Source of the DNA: Gammaproteobacteria bacterium
GTDB taxonomy: Bacteria > Pseudomonadota > Gammaproteobacteria > Steroidobacterales > Steroidobacteraceae
Direction of reading: 5' to 3'
NCBI GenBank assembly: GCA_027366635.1
Contig: DAHXNE010000037.1
Span: forward strand, 24,207 to 48,206
DNA: 24,000 bases
Below are positions 23,400 through 24,000 of this stretch, one piece after another. The position numbers and the translations under genes are program-made. Position 1 is the stretch's first letter; each line of letters begins with the position of its first letter. The notes beneath the pieces were generated by a model that saw nothing but the letters and a program-made list of their open reading frames with translations, had not been told where the DNA came from and did no database searches.

Positions 23400-23464
23400 C
23401 CAGGTGCGCTCGGCGTACTGTGTCTGCCTCGGCGCCGTTGCGTCGCCATGGTCTGGAGAAAACG

Positions 23465-24000
23465 ATGAGCAAGCTGACGAACGCGGGCACCTTCGCGCTG
23501 GGCCGCCGCACGGTGAACCGCATGGGCTACGGCGCCATGCAACTGGCCGGCCCAGGCGTGTTTGGCCCGCCGAAGGACCCAGCCGCCGCCGTGGCGGTGC
23601 TGCGCGAAGCGGTGGAAAGCGGGGTGAACCACATCGACACCAGCGACTTCTACGGCCCGCACGTGACCAACCGGCTCATCCGCGAGGCGCTGCATCCGTA
23701 TCCCGACGATCTCACCCTCGTGACCAAGGTGGGTGCGGCGCGCGGCGCCGACGCCTCGTGGAACCCGGCGCAGCGCCCGGCCGAACTTACTTCTGCCGTG
23801 CACGACAACTTGCGCAACCTGGGCGTGGACGTGCTGGACGTGGTGAACCTGCGCGTGATGGGCCGCGTGGATGCGCCCACCGAAGGCTCGATCGAGCCGC
23901 AGTTCGCCGCGCTGGCGGAACTGCAGCAGCGCGGCCTGATCCGCCACCTCGGCCTGAGCAACGTTACCGCGGCCCAGGTGGCCGAGGCGCAGCACATCGC
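23465..24000 (+). CDS. Aldo/keto reductase family oxidoreductase, N-terminal 178 codons; continues past the right edge
   Basis: Absent from the ORF track because it is edge-truncated. Hand translation from ATG 23465 (GGAGA 5 nt upstream) gives MSKLTNAGTFALGRRTVNRMGYGAMQLAGPGVFGPPKDPAAAVAVLREAVESGVNHIDTSDFYGPHVTNRLIREAL...LVTKVG...NLGVDVLDVVNLRV...GLIRHLGLSNV. Confidence 0.85.
   Translation, partial: MSKLTNAGTFALGRRTVNRMGYGAMQLAGPGVFGPPKDPAAAVAVLREAVESGVNHIDTSDFYGPHVTNRLIREALHPYPDDLTLVTKVGAARGADASWNPAQRPAELTSAVHDNLRNLGVDVLDVVNLRVMGRVDAPTEGSIEPQFAALAELQQRGLIRHLGLSNVTAAQVAEAQHI

Noticed and set aside
23393-23995. 200-aa minus-strand ORF opposite the aldo/keto reductase
   Set aside because: This antisense shadow ORF is His/Arg/Ala-rich, while the plus-strand frame gives a textbook AKR N-terminus with an SD.
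1-24000. Search for CRISPR arrays, tRNA/rRNA genes, long tandem repeats and a canonical parS
   Set aside because: Reading both strands by eye, I found no regularly spaced direct repeats, no cloverleaf-compatible T-arm/anticodon contexts and no rRNA-like segments. This is a negative result from manual inspection only.

Overview
High-GC bacterial chromosomal window; GC was judged by eye and the taxon cannot be assigned. It is densely coding, with about 25 intact-looking CDS, 5 gene remnants, and no rRNA, tRNA or CRISPR array that I could see. The supplied ORF track only lists complete ORFs, so the two edge-truncated genes (GH115-like at 1-934 minus, aldo/keto reductase at 23465-24000 plus) were found by hand translation. 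Many long Arg/Pro/Ala-rich track ORFs are antisense or off-frame artefacts of high GC.

Left third (1.6-7.8 kb, minus strand): a LuxR/LuxI quorum-sensing locus. The AHL-synthase gene is translationally coupled by 4-nt ATGA and GTGA overlaps to a PhyH-family Fe(II)/2-oxoglutarate dioxygenase and a ParB/Srx-like protein. These are followed by an HUH-less Y1-transposase-like protein with a DnaA-domain-IV-like HTH and an abutting ABCB-type exporter. This is my best candidate for an undescribed system.

Middle: an orphan atypical response regulator, a decayed ABC ATPase, and ODP/MBL-like, PNPOx-like and GST genes. There are three regulator/target pairs (LysR, PadR plus methyltransferase, GlxA/AraC plus SnoaL). 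There is also a divergent pair of citrate-synthase paralogs, one fused to an N-terminal HTH.

Right part (about 19.2-23.4 kb): a lower-GC mosaic of decayed mobile DNA. It holds a citrate-synthase C-terminal remnant, GrpB, about 820 bp of non-coding DNA, a VOC gene and a frameshifted, truncated tyrosine-integrase N-terminus. It also holds a methyltransferase and an ISAs1-family transposase remnant that destroyed a LysR gene next to the aldo/keto reductase.
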